From Lingula anatina (Eukaryota > Animalia > Brachiopoda): a DNA stretch of 64,000 nucleotides. The DNA lies in contig CM120640.1 in NCBI GenBank assembly GCA_051362555.1, forward strand, positions 12,338,001-12,402,000, written 5' to 3'. Position numbers and translations under genes: made by a program. The notes beneath the pieces were generated by a model. It searched no databases and was not told where the DNA came from. It saw only the letters and a list, made by a program, of their open reading frames with translations. Within the stretch, counting starts at the first letter, position 1; every line of letters starts with the position of its first letter. Below are positions 40,471-53,230 of the stretch, piece after piece.

Positions 40471-43400
40471 ATGAAAAAACGACGTGATTTGAATGCTCTC
40501 GTAAACGGACGGAGCAGGAAACAGTCCGCGGTCAAGAAGGGGCAACATGAACTGCTAAGAAACGAGAGTGATTCCTCCGAGGTTGAGGAGTTTTCAGTTC
40601 CCCCTAGGGCACTCATAAGGAAGTAAGATTGTTTTTAGTGGGCATTAAACTATCGATCAAATTATTCTGGAGTATGAGAACGTCAATATTCGTCCAAATT
40701 CCAAAACCGCTGTCATGCGATATTGAATTTGATATCAAAATCTTACTATCTATAGACTAATTACAATCTAACATGAATTTTCTTGAAACAAATAAGGTTT
40801 TCAGTTTTGTGTAGAGTTGACTTCAATGTCACGGATTTGTTGGCCAAATTGGCAGGTTGTTTACAAGATGAGACCATCCTACATATTTATTATAATGCTC
40901 TTCATAATTCAAATAATTTGTGAAAGTTATGAATAAGTGAACAACTTGAAGGTTTCAAAAATTTTACAATGCGTTCATTAAAAAATATATTTATGCACCT
41001 AGTAAGATTAACTAACTGTCCGAAACATGATTATAACAATTTATAATTATGCTATATTCACAAATGAATACAGACAGTGTTGTTTTCTGTACTCAGTGGA
41101 CAGTCCAGGTTTTGCTCGGTATGTTTATCAGCCACCACCTTTTTGCTAGTAGTAGCATGTCTGGCATCTTGCGGTGGATTAATATGGATGCAGTTACGAC
41201 TAAGAACACAACTCGAGGAACTAAAAGGGCATGTAAGACAAGGTAAAGCATTAAAAGTGAAATGGTACTTCAAAGTATAACTTTTTCAATCAGTAATAAA
41301 AAAAGTGTGATTTTTTATTGATAAAAATTATAATATATATCTTAAAATTCTATTTTGTCATTCATTGATTTAACACTGCCCCTAATTGAATGACTAGATC
41401 AAAAGAAGTTATTATAAAAGAATCCTGCAGATAAATTTCACATGAAAGGTTTTGAAATGATTTCCCATCTCATGAAATAAAAACCTGTATAGTATTATGA
41501 TTCAAATGTCATCTTTTATGTTTTTGTGATAATTGCAATAAACCAAATGAAGCAAATGGATGAAAATGCCATGAGTGCTAGATTTTTCTCTTTGCTAGAT
41601 TTTTGTCTTTGGTTATACCATGCACCAAGGGAGCAATATAGAATCATTCAGATATTACCTCACTATTGTTGGTTTCATTGGAAAATCAATGTGCAACTAT
41701 GGATAAAGGGATTGCATGTACAATATGCACTGGATTTATACTAGTAACTAGGTTTATGGTATTCTAGAAGGTTGGAATAGTTGATTCATTTGTGTAATTC
41801 TCCTTTTCTGTCTGATGTTAGAAATTTTTTTTACATCACAGAACTTAATTTTCAGAAATGGATTAAGTGATAAAATGCATCATATTATCAATCCAAACTA
41901 ACAAAACTTTTTAACAAAAGGGTGAAAGAGTATATTTCAAGCCATTGATTTTTTTTTTCTTTTTGGAATCAATACCATATTGTTGAGGACATGGACTGAT
42001 TGTTCCAAATATGCATTTTGAACATGATATCTGAGGAGGTTTAATAGATGTTACAGAGGTAGGATGAAGTGAATATTCAGTGATTGTCATGTTTCCAGTC
42101 CTTATATATTTTTTATTATTATTATTTAAGTCCAGTCAATTAATCACTCTACTTGGATCTTTAAAATGAGATTTTAAAAAATATTAACTGATATTATTTT
42201 TCTAACTGACAGAATTGAGGTGTGAAAAAAAAAGTCAAATTTCATCATTGTGATTTCTGTTTGTTATGTGAGCCAAAGGGTGGTTTAAAATTGCACTCAA
42301 CTAGGAAATGTCACTGTGCTGAGGTTTTTCTAGTAATTGGAACATGCACATTGTTTATTGAGGCAATTGTTCTTTATGTGTAATTAAAGCAAATAGATGT
42401 ATGCTTTAAAGGTCCAATCCATTTCTTTTCCTCTGGAGGATTGTCATTAGTGTAAGGAACACTAAACCCATGCAGATTTAATATTGTGTGGTAACAGCAC
42501 TTCAGCCTGAGAGTCGAGGGAAACCAATGAAATACTAGAATGCTTCTTTACATTACATCTTTGATACTATAAAAAAATTAGGAAATAAGAATTGGTGAAA
42601 TCTCTTAGTGTCAATTTCACACATTTAATTTTTTTTGTGTATACCAAGACTGAAATAGCTTTAGTCTCATCAAGGAAGAAAATTAAAACTTAAAACATGA
42701 AGTGTAAGTCTGAATGTTTTTTTTTTTTTAATTATTTCTTAAATCAATCAATTTTAAAAACAAACACTATCTAGTTTCGAGTGATTTACAAAAATGGCTT
42801 AAAGATGCTTTTATGTGAGATATCTTGCAGATCATTTGTCAAGATACTAGTGTTATAATATGCCCAGCCTATTATTGTTCATCCAACTTGTATTCTTCGC
42901 TTCAGGTTAAAGCAATAATAACTCTTTGTTTCGGCCAAAAAATGAATTTTCCTGGAGTAAACAACAATTTTCCCATACTTACCAATGGTTAATGAATCCA
43001 TTTTTACATTCAAAGTTAGTCCCTGGTTTTTTTCTAAAAAGTTTGGTTTTTTGTTAAAATCTCTTAAGAGATTTTAACAGAGTATAGCCATCAATGGAGG
43101 TCACGTGGTCTAAAGACAAGTTCAGATATCAGAATAAAAGCTATAACTGCTGTTTTTGTGGTAAAACAGAATAAATTATATTTCTATGAGTTATTCACAA
43201 GGTTTTTATTGTGAAATATAGATCTCATACGAAGAGTTATTATCCCTTTAATTTAACATCATTATTAGTTTTAGTCTTAGACTTTAGCCTGGACTTTATC
43301 TGTCTTTAAATGCACATAAGTAATATATGATTAAAGGTACTCTTGGCATGTTTTAAATCCCCCCTCACCCCCAGGCATATTTCAATCCTGCACAGCTTCG

Positions 43401-46400
43401 TATATTTCCCAATTCAGTTCTTAAAGACAATAAAACCCCTTAGATAAAAGTTTTTTCTGACAGCTGACTAGGTACGTGTTATACATGGCACAGAGTGGCA
43501 GTAAAAAAATCCAATTTCCTGGTGAAGGTCAGGAAAACAAATGTCATAGTAAATGATTTGTCAGTCATTAAGAATTAAAGTATAAAATTAAAAATGGAAT
43601 AAGGCAGCGTCCAAGTACAGGGATGGGTCAAGCGATGATTTGTGTTTAGGGGGGAAATTGCCCTTTTTCTAAGATAAAGAAGAAAAACACATGGTTTTTT
43701 AAAAAGCAGATTTTGTTATGATTTAAATTTGATTGTAAGCAAGTTCAGACTAAATCCCATAAGAGAAATTATCCCTTAGTGTGGTTTGGCCAGAGGTGTA
43801 TTAATTGTTATGTCATTGTTTTAGTGGAATCAGGCAGCCAAGGCCCAGAGGAGTTCCAATCTCTACACACTCAAGTCAAAGGCCTTACAGACAGTATAAA
43901 AACTATGAAAACTGGTCAAAATGGCCTGGAGGGACTGTCCAAGAGTGTGGCAACTATTTCCCAGCGGGTAAGCAAACGGTTCATTTTTGATAGCTCAACT
44001 AATAACTTGCAAGCGAATACATTTCAACTTGTGAATGTCTTTTCTTTTTTTAGGGAGGGATTGGGTGAAATGTATTATGGTAAAAATTGTAAGGGTAAAA
44101 TGATGTTATTTAATGAAGATTGAAAAAACTCCTGAAATTAAAGATTGTGTTTTTTCAGCTTGATGCTCTTCAAAAGAAAACTGATGAACTACAGAAGAGT
44201 GTTGCGCAAGCACCACAGTTGCAGTCTTTGCCAGCACAGATTGTAGATACATCCAAGGTAAATTCTGTCTTTGTCACATCTTACTGTTTTTTTCCTGTGT
44301 TCTATTGTTTTTAAGCTGAAAAATGGAGTAAAAATACACAAAGAAACTTATCTGTTTGGATTTGTTTTGATTTGTTAAGATAAAAAGGATATATACTCAC
44401 ATTTTATTGAGAAATTATAAATCATTTGTAAATCGTACCCATGTGATTTTTAAAAAATTGACTCAAAAACACTATTGTACACAAGTTTCTTTTAAGCATT
44501 GACATTTTTCATTAACCTCTGTACAATCAAATGGATTAGGCACACCAAACAATGAATTTTATTTGTTCTGCTTAAATTGATATTTCAGGAGGTGGCTAAT
44601 TTAGGCAGTCAGGTGGAAGCCTTTAAAACCTCGATGAAACAACAAAATGATGACTTGCATGCTCTGCAACAAAGAGTCTCTTCTTTGCAGGTGAGATGTA
44701 TGAAAATGTTTCGGCCATATTTTTAGGGTGATATTGGCATGGTGACAGTAACAGTCTGGCATAATCCAAAATATATTTCTGAAACAAATAAAATATGTAA
44801 GTTAGCATACCTCATAATCTGCTCAAACATGCCTAATTTTTTCTGTAGGTTTGAAACAAGTAACTGTCATGAATTTTCAAACTCTATCAATATTTCCAAA
44901 ATTTATCTTCTACATTCTTATCAAATTCTAATCAAAAGTTGTCTTAAAAATAGATATTTTCTTTTCCAGGAGAAGGTTGGAGGCGGGAGGGAAAATAACT
45001 CGCCAGTGATGTCTGGTCCTACCATAGGTGGTGCCTCTGCTAACATCTTGTCGGCAGCCATCAGCAGCCTGAACACTACCTGCACTAGGGATATTGGCAC
45101 TTTACAAAGAGGACTTGAAGCCACAGGGGTAAATGCAGCCATTCTATACCCCCTGTACAGTTGTTATATATTCATTTTTTTCTCTTTTAAGAGATAGAGT
45201 TGTTCGGGAAAAATTTCTTATCTTATCAGTGGAGAACTATATTATACCTGGGAATTCCTCTTAAAAAGTAATTCAGATAAGAAATATGGCCATATTAACC
45301 AAACATCTCTTCAATTCTTTTTTTTTTTTCCCAAGCATATTTTCACCAAAAAAATGTTTTCCAGCAAAGGGTTCTCCTGTTGGAGAACAGGACAACAGAG
45401 CTGGGATTACATGTCCAGCTGTTGAGTAACAAACCAGTGTCACAAACCAACTCCACACAACCTGACTGGCAACAGTTGATCAACAGTGCTGTAAATAGTG
45501 CAGTAAGTATTAAGGAGTTGTTGGCATCCCATTGTCCTTCTAGGGGAAAGTGATGGACACTCTGGAATTTTTACTTCAAAATAATTGTTACACCAGTCTG
45601 AATTTAAAATATTGATTAAGGCAAAGTCATACATAAAACTGATGAAGGTTTTCTTTAGCATGCAGAAAATGATGTAAAATTTTCATTCAGCCATGCTACA
45701 GTGTTTGATTTACATTTAAAATGCCAGTAAATGGCTTATCAAGAAAAATAGTTTGATTATGCTTCAGGCAGGCAAGGCCCAGAATGAAAGAATTTCAGTC
45801 TTTTCACACTCAAGTCAAAGACATTACAAACATTATTTAAATGTATTAAAATTTGATTTAATAATAAGTATTTATGATTCATCTTAACTGTAAATGAGAA
45901 AGTGTTTTCTTCTGTCTCAAAGTCGAGTTTGTGACACAAATTGTGTTAGTTGTACCTTATTATCTCTCATCTAAAACAATCCAATGTCTTACTGCAGATG
46001 GAGCATTTACGTAACTCAAGTGCTGAAAGTGAGAGTGAGGAGGAAGATAAGTCATCCAGTAACAGCAACAAATTTGATGAAATTCTGCAGCAGGTTCAGA
46101 ATGTATCTGAGTTGGTCACATCATTTAAACAGCAGATTGATGAGGTTGGCTTTTGTTCCATTCAGCATATGCTATTTTACCCATGTTTGTGACCTCAAAG
46201 ATAAATAAAACATTGTCAACTTTCAGTAATGAATTAGATGATCGAAAATTAATGACTTAATAATTATAATATTTCTACATTTTTTTAAAAGCATTCTTGG
46301 AGTTTTGATTTAAGGCACATTCTACTTGTACAAGGTTTGGCATGTTGTGTAACTATATGTTTGTGAGTTTTCCATTTGAGGATGGGAAATGAGAAGCCCT

Positions 46401-49400
46401 TGTGTATGATATGGACATATATATATATATATGCTTCTCTCTTACCAGTTAAAACAAGAAAGGAACAGCAGTGCTACCTCAGATATGAAGGTCAAACCTA
46501 TAAATGTATCTCAAGCCATGTCTGATGTTCTTACAAGTGCACTTGGGGCATTTAAAGAACAGTATAATATAGATATTTTGGTATGTATAAGTGATAGAGA
46601 TAGCATTTAGTGAGGTTATGTTGTAAGAAAAGCCTTGCAAGTAAACAGTTAAAATTATTTCCCTCTTTATTAAAATCGATTAATTTTTTAAGTTATAAGA
46701 AATCATCGCAAGTTCAATCTGTCCATTTTTGATTACCTGACTCATACCTGCATTTTTACAAATTTCACACAATTGAATGTCCAGTTGCATATGAATGTGT
46801 CTTGAAGTAAATATTGATGCAGAACTTTCATTTTTCAGCACGTCAACGTTTCTCTTGATAAGTTAAACAACACTGTAACAGACCTACAACAAGGCATGAT
46901 GGACCTTACTAATGCCACAAATTACCTGAAGACAAAGCTGAATTCCCTCCTAAAAGTCTCCTCAACACCTGCCATGCCATTAGGATTAGGTATGATGCCA
47001 TGTTGTTTTTAACCTGACAGTTCAAATTGACTTTCAATACCCACTTGTGATCATCCAAGACCATATTTCTTATTTTATTTTGATGAAAATTCTAATTAAC
47101 AGAAGGTCACTTTGATGCTTTATTGGAGATTTCTTTTGAATATTTAAGAGACCATATTTGAATAAATTCAACTATTATGTGATACAGGTACTGAATCTGT
47201 AACACCCCCAAGTGCAGTCACATCCACGTTGATAGCATCAGTGTTAGAGACAACCAGTCCTGACATGACATCACAGGTACCTCACACAGAAGGGGAAGAG
47301 CATGAAGGTGAGGTTTGCACTCCCTTTCTCAATGATATAGTAAACTTTTTGACCCAAAGCTTGTAAGATTTTGTTATACCTGAAATCATTCATGTTTTCT
47401 CTAAACTATTTATGAATAAGGTAGACCAGGAAGAAGTTAAATATAAGTATGTTTAATAAAGACCTTTAAATTATGTATTATGTGGTTCTTTTTACATTTT
47501 CAGAAGGTGATCATGTAGATACAGTCAATTTCTTTGTAGAATCCTTGCAGAAGCGTGTTATTATACCAGGGTATGAAACAAAAGAAAGTAAGTGTAATTC
47601 CATTCTTGGGTATGTTTTTTATTGATTTGAGACATTTTAAGGGGGTGGGATTATACAATACAAACCAACTGGCACTGATTCGTGTAGATTCAATTCCATT
47701 AAGCTTAATATTTTCCCAATCTTACATTCACATGTCATCTGTTTTCATGTCAAACATTTGATTGTCCTTGCTATGGAATGTCATTGGGGCTTCCTGATGA
47801 TGTCAGGCAAACTTTTTTTTAGCACAGAGAAATAATATATGCGCAGTGTGTTTGCAGCATAGGTAGAGAGGTTACAGTGGTAGGAGTCTGTTATTTATTA
47901 AGATCAATTTGAGTTAGATAGTAGGTCATACAATGGGATTTTAATTAGTGTTCATGTTTGATTATTCACTTCATACGAACTTCAAGATTCAGCTAAGATG
48001 TGCACCAAATTATAAACGCCACCTTTCTCATTTTTGGAACTGATTGTCAAAACATGGAGGTTTATTTCAAAACATCATTTTAGCAAGTTTGTCCAAAAAC
48101 AGGGTTTTGATACTTGCATTTTCTACAATTAACTCTAGTGTTTTTTGTAACATCTTCCAGATTTAGTTCACTTTACAATTAATAGAATTTCACCTATGAG
48201 AAGGGGAATCCCAGTGAGATTAAATGACCTTCAATGCTCTTCAATATAGATACTAATTTCAAAGGGAATCCCATTGAAAAATGCTAAGCCGTACTTCACT
48301 GAGCTGTTCAATTTTTTCTGTGCTGCCTCTAGCTTTCCCTGTCAAAAATTCAACCATTTGTTCGATTGTAATGTGCTACTTATATAAACTTATTTTTCTA
48401 AACAATTTAAGAGGTGCAGCTACTGCACATGCACAGATTTTGGAAACCTGTTTTTTAAGTTAAAATCAAACTCAAGCAAAGCATTTAGGTCAGGGGATTG
48501 ATTTATGTTAAGATAAAATATCAATTTGTTTGCATTGAGAATTATTAAAAAATGAAGAACTGATATGCATCAAATGGTTTAATGAATCAACATGCTCACA
48601 TTTTAGAATTACGGAAAGGCTTTTCATCATGGGATCAAAATGGAGACAACCGCATCAGTTATGAAGACCTTCAAGACCATGTAGGTCCAACACTTCCATC
48701 AGCAGAGCAGTTTGTACCTTATGATGTGAATCATGATGGATTTTACTCATTAGAAGAATTGGAACAAGCACAAGGAATATCTGGCACACAAGGTAAATAT
48801 TTTATCTATGAATGTGTGTACATATGCTTGATAAATAAAGGTCTTTTTCATGATAACTTAATAATAAGCATGGACTTCTCAAAAATATTATGAGAAAAAA
48901 TTTGAACTTGCCATTTGTTTGTGTTTGTCCTCCTACAGGAATCATGGTCTGATAATCTCACATGATTGTCTAAGGTCAAAAGCACATGGGATTTTATTAC
49001 TGACATTTAAAACATGGTTATATACTCAAAATTTAATCTTTATGAGAAAACATGCACTAGAAAAAAATGAATTTAGATGTCTTTTTCCTGTTCTAACATG
49101 CCAGTGGTTTGTAAAAAGCCAAGTACTGCTTAACAGGAAAATGCACACACAATAGTCTCTTGAACTTTTTAATTGTACTGTAGAGAAGATAAAAGTTGGA
49201 CTCTCTGTATCGAGTTCATGAACTGCAAAACAGACCCTATATGGTAGGGAGAGTGCATTACCTGAAGGACTTTGTCAAGAGCCTAGCGACAGTGTCAGTC
49301 ACTACTTAGCAAAAAATGTCTTACAGAAGCCAAATTCAATAATCCTCTTGTTCAGTGAAAACAAAGTTGTCTGAGATGTGCATTACTCCTCACCACAAAC

Positions 49401-50453
49401 ATAACCTCATATTAACGCCCATAAATCCTAGCCTTTTCTTCCTTGACTCCAAATTGTCCCTGAGCAATAAATTTCCTTGTGTGCTGGTGGAGACTGTGCA
49501 GTGAAATGGAGATGAGAGGGCGGACTCCTATTAACAGCATTTACATCTCCATTGGTCTTTGCATGATTTGTCTCAGAAAGGGGATTTATTACTTTTTCAT
49601 AAAGCAGCCCTGCTATTACAAGTGTTCAACATGGAGAAACATTAAGAGGGTTGTTATGGTGGTAATTGCTGACTTTGAACAAACGACCAATAATATTTGA
49701 TTAATTTCTTTCTTTTGTGTGGAAAGTGAATTTAATAAAAAGGACCTCAGACAGTGGTAATAAAAAGCTTCTCCATGCTTGACAGGTCGGAGATAATAGC
49801 AGTTACGGATGAATAAGTATCAATATAACCAAGCAGTACATCACGAAATTTGACTTGGAAATTGACAAATTACCATTTGGCCTGAACATTATTTCTCAAT
49901 TAAAAGTTTCACTTATCCAATAGTTCTGCTACAGATGATTGTCTTCATCAGCCGGAAACATAAATACTAAGAATTATGCCATAGAATGAAAATTTGAGTT
50001 CTATTATGTATTGGACAATGAAGGACAGTTAGTCTTACTAAAAATTCATGAGATTGGCACGTTCCAGAGCATAGATGAATGAGAAATGACGTGTCTGCTG
50101 GGTATGGTCTCTGAAAACATTACTTAGTGGATTGAATTTTAAATAGAATACCCTCTCCAGTCCCTTGATTTTGCTACTTATTTATGATGTCTTCAAAGAA
50201 TGGTAATAGACATTACCGCCTTCTTTTGACTTGTTATTTTCATGTACTTGTTCTTAAGCTGCTCATATAATTTTAATGACTTTTTCAGTAACTATGATAA
50301 AAATATATGTTTAAAACTTTTTTGGTAGATATTTCAAATATTTGGTTTTGTTTTTCAGATTCAACTCAAAGAAAACAAGCAAATACAAAGAAGAGAGCAC
50401 CACTCAGTAAAGAAGACATAAAAGAGTTGGCAGAAGCACTGGAAAAGCACTAA
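40471..50453 (+). CDS. EFCAB14: EF-hand calcium-binding domain protein 14 homolog (type II membrane protein, coiled coil, C-terminal EF-hand pair)
   Basis: Exons 40471-40622 (MKKRRDLNALV...HELLRNESDSSEVEEF, cf. vertebrate MKKRKELNALI...HRLLRTE), 41097-41242 (TM, ACLASCGGLIWMQ), 43825-43967, 44159-44257, 44589-44690, 44970-45128, 45365-45502, 45998-46144, 46449-46580, 46839-46989, 47188-47307, 47504-47587, 48607-48792 (DQNGDNRISYED, DVNHDGFYSLEE) and 50359-50453. All junctions are in frame. Confidence 0.92.
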
Positions 50454-51148
50454 AAATGGACATCTTTGAAAAACCAGTTGACATCACACTCATGAACAGT
50501 GCTGCATACAGGGTTGAATGCAATGAGCAATTTGTTCTAGAGGACTTCTACCCAGCCAGAGAGCAACTCCGAGTTCTTTTTTGTTTTTCAACTTTTATAA
50601 CCCTCTTCTCAAGATAGATGACAAGTTACCATCCAGAATTGAATTACTTACTAGAAGATAATTATATGTAAATTTCAGAAAGTTAAGTGTGCATATTGGT
50701 CGTAGGTGGATCCCGTTTTGGTGATGAAAAAGGAACCACTATTTGCCAATTAAAACTGTCATCTGTTTAAGAACAAGTTCCCATCTGAACAAATACCAGG
50801 TTTTAGTTGTATGAATATCATCAGGATTTACATTTATTTCTGTTTGCAAGTGTTGTTAGTTTAGTTCTACTGTTCTTTAAACTTTTCCTATGGGTCATAC
50901 ACATTTTGAGTATAAAAATACATACTCAGCTATGCCATAAAATGAATATAGAGCAAGGGAAAGTCACTAATGGGAGATAACTTGTAACATATGCAGATTC
51001 AGATAATGAAAATTTACACACACTTAATGTCCATGATAAAATGCCAGGGTAGTAGGTACTTAAGTAATTTGTATGTTTGTGGAATATAATTTTGTTAACT
51101 TGTATGTTTTAGCAGGTTTGTCTAGTATTGCATTATAACAAAAACTTT

Positions 51149-51336
51149 CAGGGGTTGATCCAGGATTTTATGATGGGAGGAGGGGGGGGGGGGGATGCCT
51201 TCTCCACAAACTCCTGTATTCAGAAATATCTTGTGCAGTTTTATAACCATTAAGTGTTACTAAAAAGGGGCATATTGTATATTTAAGATCATGGTTTGTG
51301 TGTCGTGCAGCTGAACCCACTCTAAATCTGCCCCTG
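51149..51336. mobile_element. Decayed hAT-like MITE in the probable EFCAB14 3' UTR region
   Basis: CAGGGGTTGATCCAGG at the left end and TCTAAATCTGCCCCTG at the right end are imperfect inverted termini. No intact TSD. Confidence 0.5.
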
Positions 51337-51742
51337 ATGCTGTGTATACTAGCAAATAATTTCTGCAAGTTCCTCTCTCTCTCTCTATATATATGCACTT
51401 CAAAGGAATGAACCACATTCTATGAAATTGGCTTGTACAAACATATCAAAAAAAAAATTGGGGGGAATTTCACAGTTAAGCATGATACTTGCATTTAGAT
51501 GTAAAATATTAGTTATGCAGGCATTTAGGCTTATGTTTTAACAAGCTTGTGCAATATGAATTGTTGATGTTGTTGAATTTTAAGATGTCATGCATGTTGT
51601 TGATCAAGTTTACCATTTTGATCAGCTTTTGTCTCGAAAATTCCCTGTTAAATGTTTTCATTGAATTCTCACTTGTGTGATTTTTAAATGACTAGAAATA
51701 TTTATGAATTTGTCAAATTCACTGTTTTGAATTTATGTTTAA

Positions 51743-51876
51743 AGTGAACAAATCAATTGAGATTTCTTCATCAATTTAATGCTAATTCTTCAATTTTTCA
51801 ATTTTATTGTTTCAATTTATATTTTAGTGAACAAATTGATTGAGAATTTTTTCATGAGTATAATGCTAATTCTTCA
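51743..51876. repeat. Local direct repeat, ~83-bp period
   Basis: agtgaacaaat..attgaga.tt.ttcat...t.taatgctaattcttca occurs twice. Confidence 0.8.
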
Positions 51877-53230
51877 TCCAGCAAAAATTGCTTTTGCAGT
51901 AAAAAAAAATCTGATAATGCACAGTTTTTTCAGGGAAAATGAGAGGAAAGTTGCTTCTAATGTAGATAATTCATTTCATGATTGGTTCAAAAAGGCCATA
52001 AGAATAGTTTATTTTGTAAATAGTGACATCGAATTGAGATTACTGTGATAGAAATTTTAAGTTAGATTGAAAAAAAGTTTCTTGATGGCAAGACTTGGTT
52101 CTTGAAAGTTTTTTAAATGTGTTACATTCTTATTTATGAACTGGAGAAGTATTTAGATACAAAAGTTGAATATTAATAAATTTTATCAAGTATTGTAGGT
52201 AGTTTGTCTGTTGCTAATCTTCAGTTTTTGAAATAATTAAATTCTTCTCTTCTTTGCACATTGACACGGCATTTTCACCACCATGTACTAAAGCGATTTT
52301 AGGTAAGCAACCTGAACTTGCTTTAAATGACAATTCTTTCAATCGCAAATTGGTGTGTGTTCCATATTAAACTCGCAGATGGTAGGCGTGACTAATCAAG
52401 GGATTCCCCTTCCCATGATTCCCGTGTAAGGGTATCCCCAACTGAAAACGAGGCTGCAGTTAGCGGAGTTGTCTTGGTTTATTGGTATTGCAATCCGTTG
52501 AAAATCAAGATCATCAAAGAGGTATCTCTCTACAGATCATTATAACTATTATTCAAAACAACCCATCTACCGAAACAAGGCAGTATTTTTGTTTTTTCTC
52601 CAGCTTCTAGAGGCTTTTACTACTGCAATAATTTGGATGGTCAAGGAAAGTACTCCAGGTTAGTGGCATTTGTTTACAAATGGCTCTGATGTCGAATCCG
52701 ACGTCATCTTAAAGTAGATTGTGGTTGGATGAAATAATCAAATGATGTCTACATAACAACACTGTTATCTTTCAAATGCGTGTTTTATTTCTTTTGTACA
52801 AGTTACATTAGAGCTATTTACCCATGGTCTTTTATGCCCAAGTAAGGGTGCTTGTCGTTTCGTCGCCGTGGGTAATTTGTCATGTTAATGTCATGAAGAA
52901 ATTATCATTTAAATTAGATTGATCTTAGTTTATCATAAAATATAAGACTTCTCCAACTGAGACTGTCAAGTGACACTTTGGCGCAACTCCAGCGATCCCG
53001 TAGCATTGTTAATTAATTCTAGTAGTAGGGCCAGGCTCATAATCCTTATGTTTGGAGTATAAATAGTATAGTTCATTGTGATTGGTTGGTTGAACTACAA
53101 GAGGCAGGACACCGGGAATCCACACTAGTAGAGAACGTGTGACCTAAGAAGAAACTTAGTTTGAGACATCAGTATTGGATTTGATTTTATAGAAAATTTG
53201 GGACAGAGTTTTTTCAAATAACTTGCAGTC

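Noticed and set aside
52522-52529. Possible U12-type donor (GTATCTCT)
   Set aside because: It departs from the GTATCCTT consensus, no U12 branch point is evident, and the exon itself is only inferred.
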